In this document: in pieces, positions 1-7,347 of the stretch | Numbering within the stretch: the stretch's first letter is position 1 | How the letters are laid out: each line of letters begins with the position of its first letter | Assembly (NCBI RefSeq): GCF_000017305.1 | Contig: NC_009664.2 | Location: 990,001 to 1,022,000, forward strand | Direction of reading: 5' to 3' | DNA length: 32,000 nt | Source: Kineococcus radiotolerans SRS30216 = ATCC BAA-149 | GTDB lineage: Bacteria; Actinomycetota; Actinomycetes; Actinomycetales; Kineococcaceae | The notes under the pieces: model-generated | Seen by the model: the letters and a program-made list of their open reading frames with translations, nothing else | Database searches by the model: none | Told to the model about the DNA's origin: nothing | Program-made: the position numbers and the translations under genes

Positions 1-240
1 GCCCCCGATGACCTCGACGACGACGTCGGCGCGGGTCACGAGCTCCTCGGCGTCGGTCGTGAACAGCGAGGGGTCCACGGGGAGGTCGCGGTCGCGGCCG
101 AGGCGGCGCACCGCGATCCCCACGAGCTCCAGCGGCGCCCCCACCCGCGACGCGAGCTCACCGGACTGCGTCGTCAGCAGCCGCGCGACCTCGGTGCCCA
201 CGACACCGCACCCGAGCAGCGCGACCTTCACCGGCTCCAC
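1..240 (-). CDS. hom: homoserine dehydrogenase, N-terminal 80 codons (gene continues past the left edge)
   Basis: Reverse complement of 1-240 reads without stops as VEPVKVALLGCGVVGTEVARLLTTQSGELASRVGAPLELVGIAVRRLGRDRDLPVDPSLFTTDAEELVTRADVVVEVIGG, the NAD-binding GxGxxG N-terminus typical of actinobacterial Hom. GTG at 240 has GAGGGGA 8 nt upstream. Fits the canonical argS-lysA-hom order. Absent from the ORF track because it is edge-truncated. Confidence 0.85.
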   Translation of the reverse strand, partial: MEPVKVALLGCGVVGTEVARLLTTQSGELASRVGAPLELVGIAVRRLGRDRDLPVDPSLFTTDAEELVTRADVVVEVIGG

Positions 241-299
241 CGCAAGCGTCCCCTCAGTTGGTCCAGCACGATCGGCCCCCACCCTCTCACCCGCGGGGG

Positions 300-1691
300 T
301 CACCCCGCGTCGAGGGCGAGCAGGTCCTCGGGGGTCTCGCGACGCACCAGCACCGTGGCGGAACCGTCGCGCACCGCGACCACCCCCGGCCGCGGCAGCT
401 GGTTGTAGTTGCTGGCCATGCTGCGGCAGTACGCGCCCGTCCCCGGGACCGCGAGCAGGTCGCCACCCCCGAGGTCCTCGGGCAGGAACTCGTCGCGCAC
501 GACGACGTCACCGCTCTCGCAGTGCTTGCCGACCACCCGGGAGAGCACCCCCGGCGCGGTGGAGGCGCGCGAGGCGACGGTCGCGGAGTAGTCGGCGCCG
601 TAGAGGGCGGTGCGGATGTTGTCGCTCATGCCGCCGTCGACGGACACGTAGCGCCGGCGCGTCCCCCCGTCGAGCTCGACCTCCTTGGTCGTGCCCACCT
701 CGTAGAGGGTGAACGTGCTCGGCGCGGCGATGGCCCGGCCCGGCTCGACCGAGACCCGGGGCACGGCGATGCCCTGGACGAGGCACTCGCGGGCCACGAT
801 CTCCGCCAGCCGGCCGGCGATCTCGGTGGGGGCCAGCGGCGCGTCCTCGGAGGTGTAGGCCACGCCGTACCCGCCGCCGAGGTCGAGCTCGGGCAGCTCC
901 ACGCCGTGGTCGCGCTCGACCTTGTGGTGCAGCTCCAGCAGGCGGCGCGCGGAGACCTCGAACCCGCCCAGGTCGAAGATCTGCGACCCGATGTGGCTGT
1001 GCAGCCCCAGCAGGCGCAGCTCCGGGCGGGCCAGGATCCTCGCGACGGCGGCCTCGGCCTGCCCCGAGGCCAGCGACACCCCGAACTTCTGGTCCTCGTG
1101 GGCGGTCGCGATGTACTGGTGGGTGTGGGCCTCCACGCCCACCGTGACGCGCAGCATCACGGGGGCGACGACCCCGCGCTCGCGCGCCAGGTCGGCGATC
1201 ACGTCGATCTCGGCCGGGGAGTCCACGACGATGCGCCCCACCCCGACCTCCAGGGCCCTGACGATCTCCCGGCGGGACTTGTTGTTGCCGTGCAGCGCGA
1301 TCCGGGCCGGCGGCACCCCGCCGCGCAGGCCGAGCTCGAGCTCTCCGGCCGAGGCGGTGTCCAGGTGCAGCCCGTCCGCGGCGATCCAGCGCGTCACCCC
1401 GGTGGCGGTGAACGCCTTGGACGCGTAGTAGACGTCGGCCCCGCCGCAGAGGTCGGCGAAGGCGTCCGCGAAGGCGTCGCGGAAGGCCACGGCGCGGGTG
1501 CGGAAGTCCAGCTCGTCCACGACGAAGAGCGGGGTGCCGTACGTCGCGGCCAGGTCGGCGACGGCGACCCCGCCGACGTGCAGCGCCCCCGCCGCGTCAC
1601 GCCCGACGGTGCGCGCCCACAGCTGCGGCAGCAGTTCGTTGACGTCGGCCGGCGGCTTCAGCCAGGCCGGCACGACGGCGATGTTCGCCAC
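300..1691 (-). CDS. lysA: diaminopimelate decarboxylase
   Basis: 463-aa ORF with PLP-decarboxylase motifs (YGTPLFVVDE, HSHIGSQ, EPGRAIAAP, CESGD). GTG start with GGAGGGG SD 6 nt upstream. Lies between argS and hom. Confidence 0.95.
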   Translation of the reverse strand: MANIAVVPAWLKPPADVNELLPQLWARTVGRDAAGALHVGGVAVADLAATYGTPLFVVDELDFRTRAVAFRDAFADAFADLCGGADVYYASKAFTATGVTRWIAADGLHLDTASAGELELGLRGGVPPARIALHGNNKSRREIVRALEVGVGRIVVDSPAEIDVIADLARERGVVAPVMLRVTVGVEAHTHQYIATAHEDQKFGVSLASGQAEAAVARILARPELRLLGLHSHIGSQIFDLGGFEVSARRLLELHHKVERDHGVELPELDLGGGYGVAYTSEDAPLAPTEIAGRLAEIVARECLVQGIAVPRVSVEPGRAIAAPSTFTLYEVGTTKEVELDGGTRRRYVSVDGGMSDNIRTALYGADYSATVASRASTAPGVLSRVVGKHCESGDVVVRDEFLPEDLGGGDLLAVPGTGAYCRSMASNYNQLPRPGVVAVRDGSATVLVRRETPEDLLALDAG

Positions 1692-1705
1692 TCAGAACCC
1701 CTCCG

Positions 1706-3370
1706 TCACATCCGGTCCGGGGACGAGACGCCGAGCAGGCCCAGCCCGTTGGCCAGCACCTGCCGCGTCGCGTCGTTGAGCCACAACCGGGTGCGGTGCA
1801 CGTCGGTGACCTCTTCGCCCGCGCGCGGGGTGACCCGGCACGCGTCGTAGAACTTGTGGAACCTGCCCGCGAGCTCCTCGAGGTAGCGCGCGACCCGGTG
1901 CGGTTCGCGCAGCTCGCCGGCGCGGGCGACCACGGCGGGGAACTCCGCCAGCGCGGCCAGCAGCAGCGACTCGGTCTCCTCGGTCAGCAGCGAGGGGTCG
2001 AAGGCGTCCTCGCGGCGCACCCCCGCCGCGGCCGCGTTGACCGCGACGTTGGCCGTGCGGGCGTGGGCGTACTGGACGTAGAAGACCGGGTTGTCGTTGC
2101 TGCGCCGGGTGAGCAGGTCCAGGTCGATGTCGATGCTGGAGTCCACGCTGGAGCGCACCAGGGAGTACCGCGCGGCGTCGACGCCGACGGCCTCGACGAG
2201 GTCCTCCATGGTGACGACGGTGCCGGCGCGCTTGCTCATCCGGACGGGGACGCCGTCCTTGAGCAGGTTCACCATCTGGCCGATGAGGATCTCGAGGTTG
2301 ACCCCGGGGGTGTCGCCGAAGGCGGCGCACATCGCCATCATCCGCGGCACGTACCCGTGGTGGTCGGCCCCCAGCATCAGCACGCACCGGTCGAAACCGC
2401 GCTCGCGCTTGTCGAGGTAGTAGGCCAGGTCCCCGGAGATGTAGGCCGGGTGGCCGTCGCTCTTGATGACGACGCGGTCCTTGTCGTCGCCGAAGTCGCT
2501 GGTGCGCAGCCAGGTCGCGCCGTCGGCCTCGTAGATCCGGCCCAGGTCGCGCAGCTTCTGCACCGCGCGCCCGACCGCGCCGGAGGTGTGCAGGGAGTCC
2601 TCGTGGAAGTAGACGTCGAACTCGACGCCGAACTCCGCCAGGCTCTGGCGGATCTCGGCGAACATCAGCTCGACGCCCTCGCGGCGGAAGACCTCCTGCT
2701 GCTCCTCGCGGGGCAGGTCGAGCAGCCCGGGGGCCTCCGCGAGGACCGCGGCGGCGATGTCGGTGACGTAGTCGCCGCCGTAGCCGTCCTCGGGGGCGGG
2801 CTCGTCGTTGGCCCGCGCCAGCAGCGACCGGGCGAAGCGGTCGATCTGGGCGCCGTGGTCGTTGAAGTAGTACTCGCGGGTCACCGTGGCGCCGGCCGCC
2901 TCCAGGACCCGGGCCAGGGAGTCCCCGACGGCGGCCCAGCGGGTGCCGCCGAGGTGGATGGGGCCGGTGGGGTTCGCCGAGACGAACTCGAGGTTGATCC
3001 TCTCCCCCGTGGGGGTGGCGGAGCGTCCGAAGGCCGGCCCGGCCTCGACGACGCTGCGGGCGAGCTCACCGGCGGCGGCCGCGTCGAGGGTGACGTTGAG
3101 GAAGCCCGGTCCGGCGATGTCGACGGCCCGCACGCCCTCGACCTCGAGCAGGCGCCGCTGCACCAGCGCCGCGACCTCGCGCGGGGGCAGCCCGGCCTTC
3201 TTGGCCAGCTGCAGCGCGACGCTGGTCGCCCAGTCGCCGTGGTCGCGGTTCTTGGGGCGCTCCACGCGGACCTCGGCCGGGACGTCGGCGGGGTCGAGGG
3301 TCAGCTCGCCGGCGGCCACGGCGGCGGTCAGGGCGTCCCTCAGGGCGGCGGAGAGCTCGGCGGGGGTCAC
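1706..3370 (-). CDS. argS: arginine--tRNA ligase
   Basis: 554-aa ORF with the class I HIGH-type region ([14 protein letters not shown]) and KMSKS-type loop (RMSKRAGT). GTG start. 14-nt gap to lysA downstream. Confidence 0.95.
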   Translation of the reverse strand: MTPAELSAALRDALTAAVAAGELTLDPADVPAEVRVERPKNRDHGDWATSVALQLAKKAGLPPREVAALVQRRLLEVEGVRAVDIAGPGFLNVTLDAAAAGELARSVVEAGPAFGRSATPTGERINLEFVSANPTGPIHLGGTRWAAVGDSLARVLEAAGATVTREYYFNDHGAQIDRFARSLLARANDEPAPEDGYGGDYVTDIAAAVLAEAPGLLDLPREEQQEVFRREGVELMFAEIRQSLAEFGVEFDVYFHEDSLHTSGAVGRAVQKLRDLGRIYEADGATWLRTSDFGDDKDRVVIKSDGHPAYISGDLAYYLDKRERGFDRCVLMLGADHHGYVPRMMAMCAAFGDTPGVNLEILIGQMVNLLKDGVPVRMSKRAGTVVTMEDLVEAVGVDAARYSLVRSSVDSSIDIDLDLLTRRSNDNPVFYVQYAHARTANVAVNAAAAGVRREDAFDPSLLTEETESLLLAALAEFPAVVARAGELREPHRVARYLEELAGRFHKFYDACRVTPRAGEEVTDVHRTRLWLNDATRQVLANGLGLLGVSSPDRM

Positions 3371-3378
3371 GGGGGTCC

Positions 3379-3384
3379 AGCCTA
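3379..3384 (-). promoter_or_regulatory. -10-like hexamer TAGGCT, 8 nt upstream of the argS GTG (leaderless-type arrangement)
   Basis: Minus-strand reading is TAGGCT-ggaccccc-GTG. No SD in the interval. Confidence 0.35.
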
Positions 3385-3472
3385 CCGGCGACCGGGCCCC
3401 TCCCCGTCCCGAGCCGGCGCACCCGTCCGGAGCAGGGGCGGGGCGGGGTGGTGGGGAGGACCCCGCGGGCGC

Positions 3473-3481
3473 TGGTAGTGT
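3473..3481 (+). promoter_or_regulatory. extended -10-like element TGgTAGTGT upstream of tRNA-Arg
   Basis: TGnTANNNT pattern ending 16 nt before the first tRNA base. It is the only A/T-containing -10 candidate in the 127-bp argS/tRNA divergent region on this strand. Confidence 0.35.
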
Positions 3482-3497
3482 CTGCGTCGCACCGCGA

Positions 3498-3569
3498 GCC
3501 CCCGTAGCTCAGCGGATAGAGCATCGGCCTCCGGAGCCGTGTGCGCAGGTTCGAGTCCTGCCGGGGGCA
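3498..3569 (+). tRNA. tRNA-Arg (anticodon CCG)
   Basis: Hand-folded cloverleaf. Acceptor GCCCCCG/CGGGGGC; D-arm GCTC-AGCGGATA-GAGC; anticodon arm TCGGC-CTCCGGA-GCCGT (anticodon CCG); 4-nt variable loop; T-arm GCAGG-TTCGAGT-CCTGC; discriminator A. The 3' CCA is not fully encoded (genomic ACCG). Confidence 0.9.
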
Positions 3570-3575
3570 CCGCAG

Positions 3576-3608
3576 GAAGGGCGACGCACGGACCGTGCGT
3601 CGCCCTTC
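3576..3608 (+). terminator. stem-loop immediately after the tRNA (intrinsic-terminator-like, no U tract)
   Basis: GAAGGGCGACGCAC (3576-3589) pairs perfectly with GTGCGTCGCCCTTC (3595-3608): a 14-bp stem with a 5-nt loop GGACC. Confidence 0.55.
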
Positions 3609-3645
3609 GTCGTCTCCGGGCTCCCGCGAGGCCGCCCGGTGTCGT

Positions 3646-3651
3646 TACCGT
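3646..3651 (+). promoter_or_regulatory. -10-like hexamer TACCGT, 6 nt upstream of the ATG at 3658 (leaderless-type)
   Basis: TACCGT-ccgggc-ATG. No SD. Follows the tRNA terminator hairpin. Confidence 0.4.
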
Positions 3652-3657
3652 CCGGGC

Positions 3658-4344
3658 ATGGCCACGGTCCCGCCGCCGGCCCGGCGCCCCCTCCCCCGCG
3701 CGCTGTCGACCGAGGCGAACCGCTTCTGGCTGGCCTTCGGCGCGGCCACCGTCCCGGCGCTGCTGTGCCAGCTCCTCCTCCTCGACCTCGGACCCGCGTG
3801 GTCGAACTTCACCGTGCTGGTCGTCTGGTACGGCGCGCACCTCGTCCTGCACTCCCTGGCCGTGGCGGTCGCCTTCCACCTCGACTTCGCCACGGCCCGG
3901 CGCGAGCCCCCGTCCGCCGACCGGTCCTGGCGGCGCCGCCTGCTGCACGTCGACCCGAACGTCGACCTCGCCGTCTGGTTCTCGGCGTTCGCCCTGGCCG
4001 CGGCGGTGGCGCTGGCGGCCACCGGCGTCAGCGCGCGCTCGGCCGTCCTGGCCGCGGGCACCGTCGTGCTCGTGGTCGGGGCCTGGGTCGACGTCCTCGT
4101 GAGCTACGCCGCGGACTACGCCCGGCGCGACCACCGGGCCGGCGGCCTGGACTTCCCCGGCGAGCGGCCCGGGGCGTTCTCGGACTACGTGTACTTCTCC
4201 GCGGCCGTGACCACGACCTTCGGACCGACCGACGTCACCGTGACGACGCGCGAGCTGCGCCGGCTCGTGCTGCTGCACGGCCTGGTCGCCTTCGTCTTCA
4301 ACACCGTCGTCCTGGCGCTGCTGATCTCCACGCTGCTGGGCTGA
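3658..4344 (+). CDS. DUF1345-like integral membrane protein
   Basis: Frame of track ORF 3541..4344. Start moved to ATG 3658 because the upstream extension overlaps the tRNA. Multiple hydrophobic helices. The C-terminal FSDYVYFSAAVTTTFGPTDVTVTTRELRRLVLLHGLVAFVFNTVVLALLI matches my memory of the DUF1345 signature (YFS..TTF...D......RR....H.L.SF.FNT..LAL). Confidence 0.72.
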   Translation: MATVPPPARRPLPRALSTEANRFWLAFGAATVPALLCQLLLLDLGPAWSNFTVLVVWYGAHLVLHSLAVAVAFHLDFATARREPPSADRSWRRRLLHVDPNVDLAVWFSAFALAAAVALAATGVSARSAVLAAGTVVLVVGAWVDVLVSYAADYARRDHRAGGLDFPGERPGAFSDYVYFSAAVTTTFGPTDVTVTTRELRRLVLLHGLVAFVFNTVVLALLISTLLG

Positions 4345-4411
4345 GGGGCCGGGTCGGGTCGTGTCGGGGCCGTGTGGTGGAGTGCGCGCCGGTCTCGGGA
4401 GGGGAGGCGCG

Positions 4412-5104
4412 GTGGACGCGGGGGAAGCGGTGGCGATGGCCGAGGGCCTCCTCGCCGAGCACGGGCTGGCGGGGTGGGCGGTGGTGCTCGACCGCGCGAG
4501 GACGCGGGCGGGGGTGTGCCGGGCGGACCGGCGCGAGATCGGGCTGAGCGGGCCGCTGACGGCGCTGCACTCGCCCGCGGAGGTCCGCGACACCGTGCTG
4601 CACGAGATCGCGCACGCCCTCGTGGGACCGGCGCACGGCCACGACGCGGTGTGGCGGGCGACGGCCCTGCGCATCGGCTGCTCCGGGGAGCGGACGTCCT
4701 CCGCCGCCCGCCCCGAAGGGCCCTGGGCGGGGACCTGCCCCGCCGGTCACCGCACGACGCGGCACCGGCGGCCGGTGCGGGTGGTGGCCTGCGGCCGGTG
4801 CGGGAGGTCCTTCGACGCGGCGAACGTGCTGCGCTGGACCCACCGGGACCAGGACGTGCCGCTGGAGGCGATGACGCCCGCCTACCAGCGGGAGTGGGCC
4901 CGCCTGCGCTCGGCGCCCGCGGCCACCCCCGTGCCCGTGCCCGCGCCCGACCTCCCGGTGGGCACCGTGGTCCGGGTCGGCGGGACGGGCCGGTTCGCCG
5001 GGGCCACCGGGCGGGTCGTGCGCCGCGGGCGCACCCGCTACCGCGTCCAGGTCGGGGAGCGGCTGCTCACCATCCCCTTCGCGCTGGCCCTCCCGCAGCC
5101 CTGA
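4412..5104 (+). CDS. SprT-like zinc metalloprotease domain protein
   Basis: HEIAHAL (HExxH), GHDAVW, and Cys/His zinc-ribbon-like CPAGH...ACGRCG. Start chosen at GTG 4412 (GGGAGGGGAGG SD 4 nt upstream), giving VDAGEAVAMAEGLLAEHGL, typical of the family N-terminus. GTG 4361 or ATG 4436 are alternatives. Confidence 0.8.
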   Translation: MDAGEAVAMAEGLLAEHGLAGWAVVLDRARTRAGVCRADRREIGLSGPLTALHSPAEVRDTVLHEIAHALVGPAHGHDAVWRATALRIGCSGERTSSAARPEGPWAGTCPAGHRTTRHRRPVRVVACGRCGRSFDAANVLRWTHRDQDVPLEAMTPAYQREWARLRSAPAATPVPVPAPDLPVGTVVRVGGTGRFAGATGRVVRRGRTRYRVQVGERLLTIPFALALPQP

Positions 5105-5111
5105 GCCGCGT

Positions 5112-5603
5112 TCAGGCCGGCAGCCGGGCCTCGATCGCCGCGCGCAGGGCCGGGTCCTGCGGGGTCGTGCGCGTGCGGAAGCGGGCGACGACCTCCCCGG
5201 CGGGGGAGACGAGGAACTTCTCGAAGTTCCAGGCCACGTCCCCGGCGGTGCCGTCGGCGTCCGGGGTGGCGGTGAGCGCGCCGTACAGCGGGTGCCGGCC
5301 CGGGCCGTTCACCTCGACCTTGGCCGTCATCGGGAAGGTCGTGCCCCAGGTCGCGGAGCAGTACTCGGCGATCTCCTCCTCCGTCCCCGGCTCCTGCCCC
5401 CCGAACTGGTCGCAGGGCACGCCCAGCACCGTGAAGCCGCGCTCGCCGTACTCCTCCTGCAGCTCCTGCAGACCCGCGTACTGCGGGGTGGAGCCGCACC
5501 GGGAGGCGACGTTGACGACGAGGACGGCGCGGCCGGTGAGCTGCGCGGGGTCGAGCGGGCCACCGGTGAGCGCGGTGAGCGGGACGTCGAGGGGGGAGGT
5601 CAC
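5112..5603 (-). CDS. glutathione peroxidase family protein (Cys-type)
   Basis: 163 aa with NVASRCGSTPQY (peroxidatic Cys), LGVPCDQFGGQEPG and WNFEKFLV. GTG start. Confidence 0.92.
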   Translation of the reverse strand: MTSPLDVPLTALTGGPLDPAQLTGRAVLVVNVASRCGSTPQYAGLQELQEEYGERGFTVLGVPCDQFGGQEPGTEEEIAEYCSATWGTTFPMTAKVEVNGPGRHPLYGALTATPDADGTAGDVAWNFEKFLVSPAGEVVARFRTRTTPQDPALRAAIEARLPA

Positions 5604-5609
5604 GCACGG

Positions 5610-5615
5610 AACGTA
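5610..5615 (-). promoter_or_regulatory. -10-like hexamer TACGTT, 6 nt upstream of the gpx-family GTG (leaderless-type)
   Basis: Minus-strand TACGTT-ccgtgc-GTG, inside the 33-nt gap after the upstream oxidoreductase stop. Confidence 0.4.
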
Positions 5616-5636
5616 CCCGCCCCGCGGCGGTGCGGC

Positions 5637-6710
5637 TCAGCGGCCGGCGAGGACCTCGCGGACGGCCTCGCGGGCGGCCCGGCCCGCCCCGATCGTGCTG
5701 GCCGAGGGCCCGTACCCGAGCAGGTGCAGCCGGGGTTCGCGCACGGCGCGGGTGCCCTCGACGAGGATGCCGCCCCCGCGCTCGCGCAGCCGCAGCGGGC
5801 GCAGGTGGTCCACCGCGGGCCGGAACCCCGTCGCCCAGAGCAGGACGTCCGCCTCCTGCGCGGACCCGTCGGCCCAGACGACGCCGTCGGGGACGACGCG
5901 CGCGAACGCGGGGTGACGCTTGAGGACCCCGCTCTCGCGCAGGGCGGCCACCGCCGGGGTCAGCGGCAGCCCCGTGGCCGAGACGACCGAGCCGGGCGGC
6001 TCCCCGGCCGCGACCCGGCGGGCGACCACCTCGACGGCCGCGCGGCGCGCCTCCACGCCGAAGTCCTCGCGGAAGTCCGGTTCCCGGCGGGTGACCCAGG
6101 TGGTGGCGATCCCGAGCCCGGCGAGGTCCTCCAGGTGCTGCACGGCGGAGATCCCGCCGCCGACGACCACGACGTGCCGCCCCAGGAACTCCTCCGGACC
6201 GCGGTAGTCGGCGGTGTGCAGCTGGCGCCCGCGGAAGGAGTCCCGTCCGGGGTAGGAGGGCCAGAACGGCTTCGTCCAGGTGCCGGTCGCGTTGACGACG
6301 GCGCGGGCGGCGAAGGTGCCGGCGGTGGAGTCCACGAGCAGGCGGGCCCCGGCGGACCGGACCTCCTCCACCGCGACCGGCCGCAGGACCGGCCACCCCA
6401 GGCGCCGCTCGTACTCGGCGAAGTAGGCGGGCACGACCTCGCGGGCCGGGGCGGCCGGGTCGACCGCCCCGAGGGGGAAGCCGGGCAGGTCGTGGACCCC
6501 GTTGACCCGGTCCATGCGCAGGCCGGGCCAGCGGTGCCGCCACGCCCCGCCGGGCTCCTCGCCGGCGTCGAGGACGACGTAGCCCCGCCCGGGGGACAGA
6601 CCGGCGCGGTCGAGGAAGTGGGCGGCGGCCAGCCCGCCCTGGCCGGCGCCGACCACCACCACGTCGACCGCGTGCAGCCGGCGCTCCGGCGCGGGCAGGG
6701 CGGGGCTCAC
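5637..6710 (-). CDS. FAD/NAD(P)-binding oxidoreductase (flavin-monooxygenase-like)
   Basis: Two Rossmann motifs (VVVVGAGQGG; VVVVGGGISA) and ATGF near the C-terminus. Track ORF extends to ATG 6794. I prefer GTG 6710, which puts GxGxxG about 17 aa from the N-terminus; codons between 6794 and 6710 include low-GC3 CAT/ACT/TGT. Start is uncertain. Confidence 0.78.
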   Translation of the reverse strand: MSPALPAPERRLHAVDVVVVGAGQGGLAAAHFLDRAGLSPGRGYVVLDAGEEPGGAWRHRWPGLRMDRVNGVHDLPGFPLGAVDPAAPAREVVPAYFAEYERRLGWPVLRPVAVEEVRSAGARLLVDSTAGTFAARAVVNATGTWTKPFWPSYPGRDSFRGRQLHTADYRGPEEFLGRHVVVVGGGISAVQHLEDLAGLGIATTWVTRREPDFREDFGVEARRAAVEVVARRVAAGEPPGSVVSATGLPLTPAVAALRESGVLKRHPAFARVVPDGVVWADGSAQEADVLLWATGFRPAVDHLRPLRLRERGGGILVEGTRAVREPRLHLLGYGPSASTIGAGRAAREAVREVLAGR

Positions 6711-6834
6711 CGCGCGCCCCGCGCGCGTCGCGTCGCCCGACCGGTCGTCACAGTCAGTGATCGTATGCGCCAGGCCGGGTTCCGTGCTCGGCATCGGCCC
6801 GTCCCGGCCCGCCCGCGGGCGGGGGGAGGTCCAC

Positions 6835-6840
6835 TAGCCT
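6835..6840 (+). promoter_or_regulatory. -10-like hexamer TAGCCT, 6 nt upstream of the GTG at 6847 (leaderless-type)
   Basis: TAGCCT-cccccg-GTG. No usable SD at proper spacing. Confidence 0.4.
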
Positions 6841-6846
6841 CCCCCG

Positions 6847-7347
6847 GTGACGTCCGACGCCCCCGCCCGCGAGGTCCTGACCTGGTCGCTGTTCGGGGAG
6901 GCCGTGCGCGACCTCGCCTCCGCCATCGCCGCGGCCGGCCACCGCCCCGAGGTGGTCCTCGGCATCGCCCGGGGCGGCCTGCCGCTGGCCGCGGGCCTCG
7001 CCTACGCCCTGGACGTGAAGGAGACCGCGACGATCAACGTCGAGTTCTACACCGGGGTGGACACCCGGCTGCCCGAACCCGTCGTGCTGCCCCCCTCGGT
7101 GGACCTCACCGAGCTCGCCGGGCGCGACGTCCTCGTCGTCGACGACGTCGCCGACACCGGCCGCACCCTGGCCGTGGTCCTGCGGATGTGCCGCGAGGTC
7201 GGCGTCCGGGCCCGCTCGGTCGTCGTCTACCGCAAGCCGGGGACCCGGCTGGCCCCGGACCACGCCTGGCGCGAGACCGACCGCTGGATCGAGTTCCCCT
7301 GGTCGGCGCAGGGCCCCGTCCCCGAGGTGGAGCGGCCCTCAGCCTGA
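6847..7347 (+). CDS. phosphoribosyltransferase, Gpt (xanthine-guanine PRT)-like
   Basis: 166 aa. PRPP loop VLVVDDVADTGRTL, IARGGLPLAAGLA, and C-terminal DRWIEFPW resembling E. coli Gpt (DTWIEQPW). GTG start. Confidence 0.88.
   Translation: MTSDAPAREVLTWSLFGEAVRDLASAIAAAGHRPEVVLGIARGGLPLAAGLAYALDVKETATINVEFYTGVDTRLPEPVVLPPSVDLTELAGRDVLVVDDVADTGRTLAVVLRMCREVGVRARSVVVYRKPGTRLAPDHAWRETDRWIEFPWSAQGPVPEVERPSA

Noticed and set aside
3541-3657. N-terminal extension of the DUF1345 ORF (track start 3541).
   Set aside because: It would overlap the 3' end of tRNA-Arg and run through the perfect terminator hairpin. ATG 3658 has a correctly spaced -10-like hexamer.
3498-5104. Possible tRNA-associated integrated element downstream of tRNA-Arg.
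   Set aside because: There is no integrase, recombinase or phage genes. I could find no direct repeat of the tRNA 3' end, and base composition and codon bias do not shift. The downstream genes look like ordinary chromosomal genes.
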